Below, one piece after another: positions 13,840 to 24,740 of a stretch of 64,000 nt of DNA (position 1 is the stretch's first letter; every line of letters starts with the position of its first letter). The notes below the pieces were generated by a model. The model was not told the origin of the DNA. It did no database searches and worked only from the letters and a program-made list of their open reading frames with translations. The stretch comes from Camelus dromedarius (lineage: Eukaryota): positions 33,234,001 through 33,298,000 of the forward strand of contig NC_087437.1 in assembly GCF_036321535.1 (NCBI RefSeq), written 5' to 3'. The position numbers were made by a program, and so were the translations under genes.

Positions 13840-14285
13840 AATGACTAGAGAGGGTCCTTTAACATTTACTGTAAAGCTGGTTTGGTGGTTTGGTGAAATC
13901 TTTTAGCTTTTGCTTATCTGTGAAGCTTTTGATTTCTCAAGTAAGTCTGAATAAGAGCCTTGCTGGATAGAGTATTCTTGGTTTTAAATTTTCCCCTTGC
14001 ATCACTTTAAAAATATCTTGCCACTCCCTTCTGGCCTGTAGAGTTTCTGCTGAAAAATCAGCTGATAACCTTATGGGAGTTCCCTTGTATGTTATTCATT
14101 GCTTTTCTTTTGCTAATTTTAATATTTTCTCCTTATCTTTAGTTACTGTCAATTTGATGACTATGTGCCTTGGTGTATTCCTCTTTGGGCTGATTCTGTG
14201 TGGTACTCTCTGTGCTTCCAGGACTTGAGTGACTATTTCCTTTCCCAAGTTGGGGAAGTTTTCGGGTATTATCTTCCCAAAAAAT
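13840..14285 (-). mobile_element. L1 ORF1 fragment, inverted relative to the adjacent ORF2 fragment
   Basis: ORF 14096..14383 contains ENFPNLGKEIVTQVLEAQRVPHRISPKRNTPRHIVIKL, typical of the L1 ORF1p RRM region. Confidence 0.85.
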
Positions 14286-17049
14286 TTTTGAATGGTGCAT
14301 AAATAAAAAGGAGAGGAAATCGGGATAACCTTTTTGGAGGATAAGTTGGCTGGCAATATTAATAAAAAATACCTAGAAAGCATAATGGTGGTGGGCTGTA
14401 TGCCTTTTGGCTTAGCACTTCCATTTCTAATAATTTATTCTAAGGAAACCATTAGACAAATATACACATAAATATATTTTAAGAAAATATCTTCGTTGCA
14501 AGATTGTTTATCACAGCCTAAGACAGGAAACCACCCATGTTTATAAGGAGGTTTGTTAGGTACCTTGTATCATATTCTTAAAGTGAAATATTGAGCAGTC
14601 ATTAATTGGTTTCATTAGAGAGCACGTTGACATGGAATGGTGGCATTATTATGTAGAAGAGTCAGAGTGCTGTTGTTGTTGTAAAAACAAACATAAACAT
14701 GTCTGAAGGATATGTACATAATTGTCTCTGGGTGATGACTTTTTTTTGCTTATTTGTATTTTCTAATTTTTCAACAATAAATGCTTATTGTATAATAAAA
14801 GTTTTAAAAAGTTCACAAAGAATAAAATTCAATAGACGTTTGAATGCTACTGTTTGAAGAAAGTGGTAGTGTTCAAAAGGGGGGAGAGTAACAAGTAATG
14901 TTTTCCAGAGAACTCTGTGAATGTAGATGGGAGTTAACAGACCCTGAGTGAGAAATAGAATTTGCATTGACAGGAAAAAAATTGCATGTGAGGAGAACCA
15001 TAGTTGACAAACCAGTAGAGAATGGGGTAAAGTCACCTATATCTTGGTCCCACTGGTAGCAAAGAGTAGCTTCATGTTGTCTGCAATCTGTCCATGATTT
15101 CTGGAATGCCTCGGCCCCAGCCCTAGCCCCCTTGGCTTCTGCCATTTGCAGGTTCTTGGAGTGCCCCAGGGGAGATTGGAGATTAGACTCTAAGCAGAGA
15201 TTTGCTGCCCCTATGTCTATGGGGAAAACTTTGGTGTTTTGTAAGAAATACTGAAAAATCTTTGACATCATCCAGTCAGGAAAGACAGCCAAACTTACTA
15301 CAGGCTTATTAGCACTTACTCCTCTGAGGTGGAAGTGTTCCTGTACACGGTCACGCACTCAGCTGAATGTGTTTTCTCCTTGGTGGATCGTTATCTGTCC
15401 CCCTTCTCGGCAGCTACCTGCCTAACTTACTCTACTCCCTGAACTGGTTTTTTCCCCTATAGGTTTGACTGCAAACCCATTGTGTACTGAAAATCAGTGG
15501 ACCTGTGAGGCATTCCATATGAGATCAGCGTCTACTTCATAGGAGTTTGTTTTGTCTTTTTGAAGAGGATCACCTTCCGTACTGTCTCCTGTTTTTGTAG
15601 GGTAGTAGCTTTCTGTGCTTCCATTTCCTGATTAGCAAAATGGAATATCACTAGAGTTCCTTCTTGCACTCATATTCTTAATTTATGAAACACCTAAATA
15701 CGGTTAATTACCATATGTTAGATCTATATTCACTGAAGGATGACCTAAAACATTGTTGAGAGAAATATCCATTCCTTGCATCCACTTGATGGGTTGGACG
15801 GATGGGCCCTCTTAGGGTTGCGTTCGGATTTCTTTGGGAGCTCTGGCAAGGGAACGAAGCATGTGTGGACATATCTAGGAAATAGCAGGTTGTTCTCAAA
15901 CAACTGAAAGTGTGGGCTGGTGACAGTTTCAGGCTTCTTGAGAGGTTTCTACCAGCCCCTTTCCCCTGCCCCTCCCCAAATATTGAGGCTTGTTCTGTTT
16001 CTGAAGGAAAATCTGATTATTTCCAGGTTTTGTGTCTTAATCATGTTCAGATAGTTTTTTAACCATTCAGAGCACACCCTTCCTGCCCTGGGTAAATAAA
16101 AGTATCAGGACAAAAGGCAAATCCTTCTCCCCCTCCCCACCCCAGTAGAGCCTGGAACTCATCGGGTACCGTGAACTAGAGATGGTTGAACTACCGCTGG
16201 AGTGAGGTAGGACAAGGATGAGAGGGAGAGGAGAGAGGCCGGGTTTGAGCCAGCAGCTGCGGACTGGGAGAGCTGGAATGAGAGAATCTGCAAGGGAAAC
16301 AGGGCTTGTAAGAGCAGCAGGAAGCCTTGGTTGGGGGTTGGAAGGGACATGGAGGTGGTGGGGAGGTGGGCCTGGAGTTGGGCCATCTCTGATTTCAGAG
16401 TCATCACTCATGTGACAGAGTGAGTGTGTCAGAGAAGTAAGTGTCCTTGTTGGGTTCTGATGAGGTCCGTGAGGTGCAGTCCAGGCTTGGGGGAGGGGAG
16501 AACTAAGGAATGGGCCATATTTATTACAGACTTTTAAATGATTTCTGTGACTTTATTTCACAGTTCTATGAATTTTAATAGGTATAGGTTTGTGTTCTGG
16601 CTACCACAATCAAGATACAGAACAAACAGTTCCTTAATAAATGTTTCAAAGGAAAAATACAATATTTTAAGATAACGTGTGTATTCTCTTCATTTAGGAA
16701 TTATTTTAGAACGTTTTGGTTTATTTTCCAACATTTGAATTTTTTAAATGTCTTTCTAGTCTGATGACTATGAAGTTTTTATAGTCATGTTACTTAAATT
16801 AATATGCTGTATTTTGTAGACTGCAGTATTTCACCTCCTCACATCTCTGAAATTGGGATGTATCTTTGTGGAGAGTTCAGGCTGAAAGTATCTTATGATT
16901 CAAAGAAATGTAGTATTGGTGAGAACCAAGCATGATGCTGTCATAATGTGATGATGCTTGATGTAAGATGTGCAAAGACTTCTGTGTCATCATTTCTGGC
17001 ATCGTTGAACCTAAGGCTCTGTACTAGACGTAGTGATTCAGAAAGATGG

Positions 17050-18310
17050 AAAATGTGGACTGTCTTCCTCAAGGGTCACATCGATGAGTGGGGGAAAAAG
17101 ACAAAGGATCAGTGATTCTGTGATTGTGATACAGTCTGATGAGCAGTATTGTAGAGCAATGGCTAATGGGATTTAGGGGTCCTGGAGCACTTCTAAGAGT
17201 CCCAGAGGAGGTGGTCTTTGAGCTGCATCACAAAGGATGAGTAGGATGACTCACCTAAGCAGAGAAGGAGTGAGGTGTGAGTGGGGAGGCCAAGAGGTCC
17301 CAGAGCTAATCCTGAGGGAGCCTGCTGGTTACTAAAGATGGAGTGAAGGGGGTGTGTGGAGAGTTCAGGTTGAAAGCTTTGGTAGGAGGCAGATTGCTGA
17401 GGGCCTTTATTCCATGTTTAGCATTTTGATCTTAATCCTGGAGGCAAATGGGAGCTTTTGGAAGATTTTTATGTTGGGGATTAAGATTGAGATTTACATT
17501 TTAGAACGATAACCCTAGGTGCAGAAGGAGGGGGATGAATTACAGGTTGAGGGGAACAGATCTGGAGTCAGAATGATTAATAGGTTGGAGCAGTGAAGCC
17601 CATGAGAGGTGATGGAATATGAACTAAGGTAGTGGCAGTGCAGATGGAGAGGAGAGGGCAAGTTCCAGGGACACCTGGGAGGTCGAACTGATAACGTGAT
17701 CATGACAATTCAGTGTGGAGAAAGGCCAGAATAAAGCATGACCCCCAGATTTCTGGCTTGGGTGGACGGCCATTAAGCAGAAAGCGGTTTTGGGAGGAAA
17801 GTGATTTCAGTTTTGGCTTTGTGAAACTTGCAGAGCCGAGGAACTGCTGTATGGACAGAAGCGTGTGTTTGCAATGCAAGAGGATTTCCCAGGAGTGGGG
17901 TTTGGGAGTCATCGATGGGGCCATCAGGGAGCCAGTGAGATGCCCAGGAAGAGTGTGGGGATGGAGTAGAAGAGTGGTAACGACGGAGCCCTGGGGCCAC
18001 CCACCCACACTTACAGGGTGGGAGCAGGAAGGGGTGTAAATAAAGAGGCAGAGGAGGGTATATTCTATGGAAGCAAAGATGAGTATGAGAAGGGAGTGGG
18101 TGACAGTGACAAATGCCATGAAAGCTGAAGCAGGATAGAGTCCAGCCATTCAGTTTGTAACTGGAAAGCCATTGGTGTGCTGTTGGAAACATTTTCAGCG
18201 GAGTGGGATGGCAGGAGGGGCAGCAGCCAGCCCATAATGATGTGGTGTATGAATTCAAGGTAGAAATTACAAGAAAAAGTGTAGCCTGCCCTTGCAAGAA
18301 GCTTGGCTGT
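17050..18310 (-). mobile_element. L2 LINE fragment
   Basis: Purine-rich + strand with L2 hallmarks (atgacccccagatttctggcttgggtg, gtgatttcagttttggc). Confidence 0.6.
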
Positions 18311-21300
18311 GAAAGAAGAGAACATAAGGAGTCATCAGCAGCCGTGTTGTTGATCGTTGGGCTAATGCTTTCTAAAGGTCTCATTGCTAATGTGTTTCTC
18401 CTTAAGGAGTGGAACAGTCTCAGACTCGGTGATTCTTTAATTTTCTTGAAGTGGCGCTTTTTGCTTTTTGTTCATGATTTGACCAGTGTAAAAATGCTCA
18501 GCTACAGCTTGCTTCAAGAACATAAGTTCTTCTTATCATGGAATTCTTCTTGAGGCCATTACCTTTGAAGTTGTTTGAAACATTAAAAAAAAACCCAAAA
18601 TAACAAAAAACCCTCAACAGAACAAAAAGTTGCGAAATTGAAATACGAAAGAGATTTGGCTTGTTTACAAGAAAGTAAAAGACAGTGAGAATACATGACA
18701 TGACTTTATAAGCTTCGGTTATGCTTTTTTGCAAACGACTTTGTGAAAAATTTTCCTTCTTTATTGTCTTTAAAATATGAGCTAAAAAGTGAGGATGCTT
18801 GCAGGTATTGTGTGTCCTGGAATTGCTTTGAATTGCAGTTGGTGAGTGTGAGAACAAATAAATCCCAAAGTATTTGTGATTTAGTTTTATAGGCACACAT
18901 TCATAAATTGCGTTGAGTCAGTAACTCCAGAAAAACATACCCAGGAGAATTATTTGCTGTTTATTCGTTTACTCCACAAAGATTTAGCAAATACCCATAT
19001 GTTCAAGCCTCTCCTAGATCCTGTAGGAGGGGAAGTAAGGGGATTTAAATAATGCTGCTCATACTTGGTAGAAGTCAAGATGTGCCTTAAGAGGTATGGA
19101 TGAGGGATCAGAGAAGGGAAAGGGCCTTCTGATGAGTGATCAGGGGAGGCTTCTTGGAAGAGGTGGCATTTGAGTTGTTTGCTGAGAGACAGCTGTTCTT
19201 TCTTTTTGACTAGTCTGTTTCATGTAATTCCCTCGACTATTCTCTTTCTTAAAACTGTTCCCTTGTTTGATTTTCTGAGGCTCTATTATCCAGTACCTCC
19301 TCCTGTCCCTGTGTTCCCTGTCAGGATTTTTTATGGTTCCTGTCTCCTAGGTCCTCTTGTCTTTCTTTTCCCTTCTTCCTCAGGGATATAATTTCCATCT
19401 GCAGCCTGGGCAGGTGACTCTAAACCCAGAGCTTGAGCCTAAGCTGTCTGTAAGCCTCCATCCTACCCTTCCAACTTGAGGCCTCACTAGCAGCTCACAT
19501 TTCACTTGTCTGAACTGAACTCTCCCTCACAATACACAGCCTCATTCCCTCTCTCCCTTCTGTCCTTTTTCTCTCTGCAGTAATGGCTGAGTGCCCACTA
19601 GGTACTAGGTGCTGGTTGATCATTCTTTTGATTCCTCATGCTTGGAGTCTCAGTCATTTTTGTTCTGTCTCCCTTACCACCCATGTCTAAATAATTAATT
19701 TCATTTCTCTTCATTCTTTCCAATACGTTTTAAAATCCCTTTAGTTCTTCTCCTCATGCCCATGATCTCTGTGTTTGGATCACTGCAATGTTCTCGTAAA
19801 TGTCAGTCCCCTTCCTCTTCCTCCTCTTCGTTTGTCAGTATCACCATTGCTTACTGAGAGTCTGCTGTGTTCAGGATGTTGCTAGGATGCTGTACTCTAT
19901 AGATCGAAAAATGGAGTAGCAGGGGAGATAAAAACTGGCCTGAAATAATGGAGGAGCCCATCATCAACTCCAAGGTGATGAGCCCAGGGGGTGAGTCAGC
20001 AGTGCAGAGTGAGATTGGAGGTAGCTGGAGGAAGTAGACCCCAAGGTCTGGGAAGACGAAGACTTAGGCATGTGGGGAAGGTTTGGGAGAGGGTATTGAG
20101 TGGTGGATGGTGGCCCCATGGTAAACACGTGAGGTGGAAATCCACGTGGTGCAGTAGGAGACAGGTGAGTTGAAAAGTTCAGCTGGGACTAGACTGTGAT
20201 GGGTCAGGTATACCAACATGAGAAACCTGGGCTTTATGCTATAGAGGTAAGGATACAGGGAGGGAGTGGATAGAATTAGGGAGAGTGTGATCTATGAAAT
20301 GCTCTTTAAAGAAAATCTGGAGGTGGTGTGTAGGCTGTTTTTGAGGGAAAGGAAGGCCAATTAGGAGATCTTGCAGAAGTCTGCTGTGACATTTTGTTTC
20401 TTCTCGAATTTATTCAAAACACAATGGCTGCCAGATCGTTTCTAAGTCACAGCTTTGATCCTGTCAGTCTCCTGCCCAAATGCCTGTGGTGGGTCCCTGT
20501 GCCTTGAGGAGTGGTTCTTTTGCTGGTTTGGGGGCAGCCTTCCTGGTCACACTTCAGCCCACCCTTCCAGCATTGTCTCCACTTCCTACCCTTGGCAGGA
20601 ACCAACCACTGGTCCTCACGCAAATTTTCCGTTTTCTCCAATGCTTGGAAAATTCTAATTGAGATATCACCCAGCCTTCAGCATACGTATAATGCCTTTC
20701 ATGGCCCCTGCAGCCCCCTGCCCCCTACTGAAACTTCCCTAATACTTTCTGTGTTGTTTGTTTTTGATTAATCAACCACTGACATGATTTTTTTCTGTAG
20801 CTGCTGAAATTGTTCCTTAGCGCTCATATTGCTGTTTGTATGTTTTGACTTTGTTTCTCCAACAGTCTGTAACCTCCTTAAGGGCTGGTACCATGCTTGA
20901 CACTTGTATGTGGCTGTAAGTAACACCTTGCATCCACTGCTGCCCCAGTCATGATATTTTGAACATGATATTTGCTGACCTTCAATTTTGTTTTAACCTG
21001 TCCAAGCAGCCAGGCATATTATGGAAGATGCTTGCAGCCCAGGGTGATAACACATTCGAGGACCCCTGCTTTCACCAGGCAGTGGGCATTGAGTGGGAAG
21101 ATTTGGGAAGAATTTTTGTTTCTTCTAGTCTTCTGTCCCCTTGTGTAGGTGGGCTTGATAACCACAGGGGAGTCAGGAATATCCCCTTGAGTTTTGTTGG
21201 GTGATGGGTTCCCAGCTTCCTTTACAATGAGGCCCTTTCTTTAAAGGGAATTAGTCTACTTTGAGTTTTGTGTTTTGAGATAACTATCCTTGAAACCCAG

Positions 21301-22725
21301 GACACGATAATAACTAAGTTAAACTTTTTTGATCTCAACTATCGAGAAATTTGTTAAAAGTGGATGCTTATACTTTGCTGTTAAGTGGGTCAAAGGATTC
21401 TGCAGAAGCAAAATTAGCATTATATGGATCAGAGAAATTGCAAGCATGTAGGTTCACAAGGACTAAAGGCTGGAAAACTGGCCAGGGGTATAAATCCCTT
21501 GCTTTTTGGTTAAAGGCAGTGCATCCTGAAGATTCTAGATTAGCTTTGTTTCCATTTCCAGGGTCGGCAGGCTGGCGGGCATTCGAAGTAATGGCTAAGT
21601 AAGACGTGGGATGGCTTTAAGCTTTTATGGAGGAGCCTGTGCTTCCATTCTCCAGTAATGTTAAACCTTGCTAATTTGTAAGGGGTGATAGTTGGGACTG
21701 TAGGTCAACTGAATCTTCCCTATGTATTTATGAGAAGAAAGGGGCAAAAATTAATAGTGTAAGCAAGACAGTTGAGAGAATATTCAGAAGCACAAACAGT
21801 TGTGAGCTCTCTCAGCTACGACAGAAGCACTTACTTACGTAGAAACAGCTGACCTGCTAATTAGAAAACATCCTTGCCTATTCATTAAACTAATTATCCT
21901 AAGGAATTCTGCTAGGCAACACTTAGTCTAGATCTAATTATTGTGTGCCCTTGAAAGCAATAAACTGCACTTTTAGAATAAAATTTTATAATTGACACAT
22001 GGTTTACATGGTTTGTTCAGACACTTACTGTAAATAGAGTGGGGTAGGAATGAGGGGTTACACTGTTGTTTTTATGAAAAAGGGAGATTATAGTGAATTA
22101 TTAAATAATATATGTTTAGATCTGAGCGCTCCTTGGAGATCATTATTGTTTAAATATGAGAGGTATTTTTAAAGGTTTTTTGGGGATTACCTAATGTTTT
22201 TTAAGAGGATGAACATCACGTTATGATTTAAGACAGTGGTAAAACTTTTCTGTTGTACACTGAGCCATCATGTTCACACAAGAATAAGGTGAGTCATCAT
22301 TCGTGCGGCCACTTTACCCTGTGTCTCCCAGCTCATCCTGCAAAATTTTTTCTGACCTTACCCAGAACACTGATTGAGAGTGTAGTGAAAGAGGCCATAC
22401 TGTGTACCCAGCGCTCTGCAGGTGATAGCAATTATGTGAACAGGTGAGCTGGTGCTGTCAGTGAGACTCAGCTCTTGATCAGTATTTGGATTGGGCTGTC
22501 TGCTTCAGTCTTAGGGGTGTGTGCTTCAGAGCCAATACCTGGGTTTGAAGCTTCCATCCAGCACTGTGATCTGGGCATTCTCCAGCTGGTGTCCTTGGAC
22601 AAGCTACATAAAGCTCTGTGTGTCAGTTTCCTAATCTGTAAATGGGACTAATGGTAGCTCCCACCTCCAGGGGTTGTTGGGAGGATTAAGTTACTCCATG
22701 TAAAATGCTTTTACGTAGCAAGGGC

Positions 22726-22873
22726 TCCATCCATCCATCCACCCATCCATCCTTCCATCCTTCCATCCATCCATCCTTCCTTCCATCCATCCACCCTTCC
22801 ACCCATCCACCCTTTCACCCATCCACCCTTCCATCCATCCATCCATCCTTCCATCCATCCATCCATCTATCCA
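22726..22873 (+). repeat. (TCCA)n degenerate tetranucleotide microsatellite
   Basis: Direct reading; it explains spurious ORFs 22691..22906 and 22705..22962. Confidence 0.95.
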
Positions 22874-23385
22874 TATTCCTTCAGCCCCTGTGTGTTGTGC
22901 ACTCACTAGTGCTGGGCCCTGCTGTAGAGCTGGCGTTAGGGGTACAGCAGTCAGACAGATGAGGTCCCTGTCTTATTGGAGCCTATATTCTAGGGGGAAA
23001 AGACCATAAATAAGTAAACAGATTAACAAGTCCAGGTACTAATTAGTGTTACAAAGACAATAAATAGGGAAATATAATAGAGTGACTGGATTAGAGGGTG
23101 AGAAGTCAACATTGGTTAGGGTGGACAGGAGTGCCTTCAGAGGAGATGACATTTGAGTTGAGATCTGAATGACAAGAGATAACTGTCAGCTCTCATTCAA
23201 TTAAGGAAGTTTTCCTTTGTGTCAGTGGCTCCTCTCATATTCTTATTTTAAAATCTCTTGCCATCAATATAAAGTCCTTTCTAGCAGGACACCACTAGGC
23301 GGTTTTGAGTCCCTCTCCCACTAGAAAGTGGACTGTGTTTAAACAAGTGATTGTCAACATCTTGGAGCTCTCTTCCCCCCGAACT

Positions 23386-24405
23386 TCATCTTGACAGTAC
23401 CCAGATCTGCCCGCCCCTGGGTCTGTCTCCCTTGGCTCCAGCTGGGTGCTCACCCATCTTGTTATGCCGCAGTTCCTGGAAGAGCCTGACTCTGTTGTTC
23501 CCACCTGACAGGAAGTACAGGACTGGGTTGAGGCAGCAGCTCAGGCTCACTAGAGGTCTCCACAGCTTGTAGGCTAGGCTGGCCACCATCAGGAGCTGAC
23601 AGTTCCGTGAAGGCAGGAAGCGGAGCATGAGGTAGAAGGAGCGCATGATGTGGAAGGGCACAAAACAGAGGGTGAAGAGGCCGCACACCAGCAGGATAGT
23701 CCGGATGGACTTGGCCCGGGCTGTGCTGCCCACCCTCGTGAGGCTCTCCTCTGACTTGGTCAGACTCCTGACCATCAGTGAGTAGCACACCAAGATGACC
23801 AAAGAGGGAAAGACAAAGCCAGACAAAGTCAGGACCATGCTGTAAACAAAAAACTGATTAAAATTCTTCGGGCTGCTCGTGTCATAGCAGACCACCTGGC
23901 CATCGACAAGGTCCGTGTGGGAGAAGACCAGAGTGGGCAGCAGCTGGAGGACCACCAAGGCCCATGTGGCAGCGGTGCCCAGCAGGGCGTGCCGGCGGGT
24001 CCGATAGGGCAGCGAACGCAGCGGGTGGCACACGCCCAGGAAGCGGTGCACTGAGATGCAGGTCAGCAGCAGGATGCTTCCGTAGAGGTTGGTGTAGAAC
24101 AGGAAACGCACCAGCCTGCAGAACAGCTCCCCGAAGGGCCACTTGTCACCCAGGGAGTAGGTGATGATGAGGAAGGGCAGGGTCAGCACATAAAGCAGAT
24201 CGGCCACCATCAGGTTCACCAGATAGATGGTGGCGCAGCTCCAGTGCTTGGTTTGGCGCCAGGAGTGCCACAAGACGGTGCCGTTCAGGGGCAGCCCTAG
24301 CATGAAGATGATACTGTAGGTCAGGGAGAGGTAGATTTGCTTGTAGTCTTCAGAGAAGTGGCAGAGTCTGTCTTCCTTTGAGGTGTTGGTATCTACCTCT
24401 TCCAT
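23386..24405 (-). CDS. GPR79: Intact P2Y-family (P2Y3/P2Y6-like) class A GPCR, 339 aa; syntenic with human GPR79
   Basis: Seven hydrophobic segments with GLPLN (TM1), LMVADLL (TM2), WPFG-C (ECL1/TM3), SVHRF (DRY position), CFVPFHIMR (TM6) and YKLWRP...NPVLY (TM7). Strong Kozak context GAG-ATG-G with an in-frame TAG two codons upstream. The symbol is assigned from position just downstream of MFSD1 on the opposite strand. Confidence 0.9.
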   Translation of the reverse strand: MEEVDTNTSKEDRLCHFSEDYKQIYLSLTYSIIFMLGLPLNGTVLWHSWRQTKHWSCATIYLVNLMVADLLYVLTLPFLIITYSLGDKWPFGELFCRLVRFLFYTNLYGSILLLTCISVHRFLGVCHPLRSLPYRTRRHALLGTAATWALVVLQLLPTLVFSHTDLVDGQVVCYDTSSPKNFNQFFVYSMVLTLSGFVFPSLVILVCYSLMVRSLTKSEESLTRVGSTARAKSIRTILLVCGLFTLCFVPFHIMRSFYLMLRFLPSRNCQLLMVASLAYKLWRPLVSLSCCLNPVLYFLSGGNNRVRLFQELRHNKMGEHPAGAKGDRPRGGQIWVLSR

Positions 24406-24740
24406 CTCCTAAGAGGCTCCCTCTGGGGGCACAGCTGCTCCTGCTTCTTCCCCTGGGAGGAAACAAAATGGATAGCAGGTATCACAACCTCAGCTGGGTG
24501 TTGGTCTCTGCCTTGATTCAACTCCCAAAGTCTGGGCAGAGTCCTTGTTTGAGAGGGACCAGCTCCAGGAAAAAAAGAATTAACCTCAGGGGCAAAGCAG
24601 TCTTTAAAAGCAGGGCTTTAGACTTACCAGGTCCAAAGGGCTGCCTTTACCCTGACTTGTAGGTCCTTGGCTCCAGGCTGAGTTGATAGGAGGCTCAGGT
24701 ACACATGGTGGCAGGAAGGTGCTGCTGTCATTTAAATGGG
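24406..24740 (-). promoter_or_regulatory. GPR79: Candidate GPR79 5' structure: acceptor, 175-nt intron, non-coding first exon, TATA-like box
   Basis: Minus strand: acceptor ttttgtttcctcccag| (AG at 24454-24453), consensus donor ctg|gtaagt (intron 24453-24627), ATTTAAAT at 24730-24737. Confidence 0.55.

Noticed and set aside
17700..18384. 149-203 aa ORFs
   Set aside because: Inside a degenerate L2 element; low-complexity composition.
22289..22331. Donor aag|gtgagt paired with the 22331 acceptor
   Set aside because: The 43-nt interval is too short for a normal mammalian intron.
22691..22962. WMDG/HPS repeat peptides
   Set aside because: Translations of the (TCCA)n microsatellite.
23295..24164. 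Short ORFs overlapping the GPCR in other frames or on the other strand
   Set aside because: Shadow ORFs caused by GC-rich codon usage of the real CDS.
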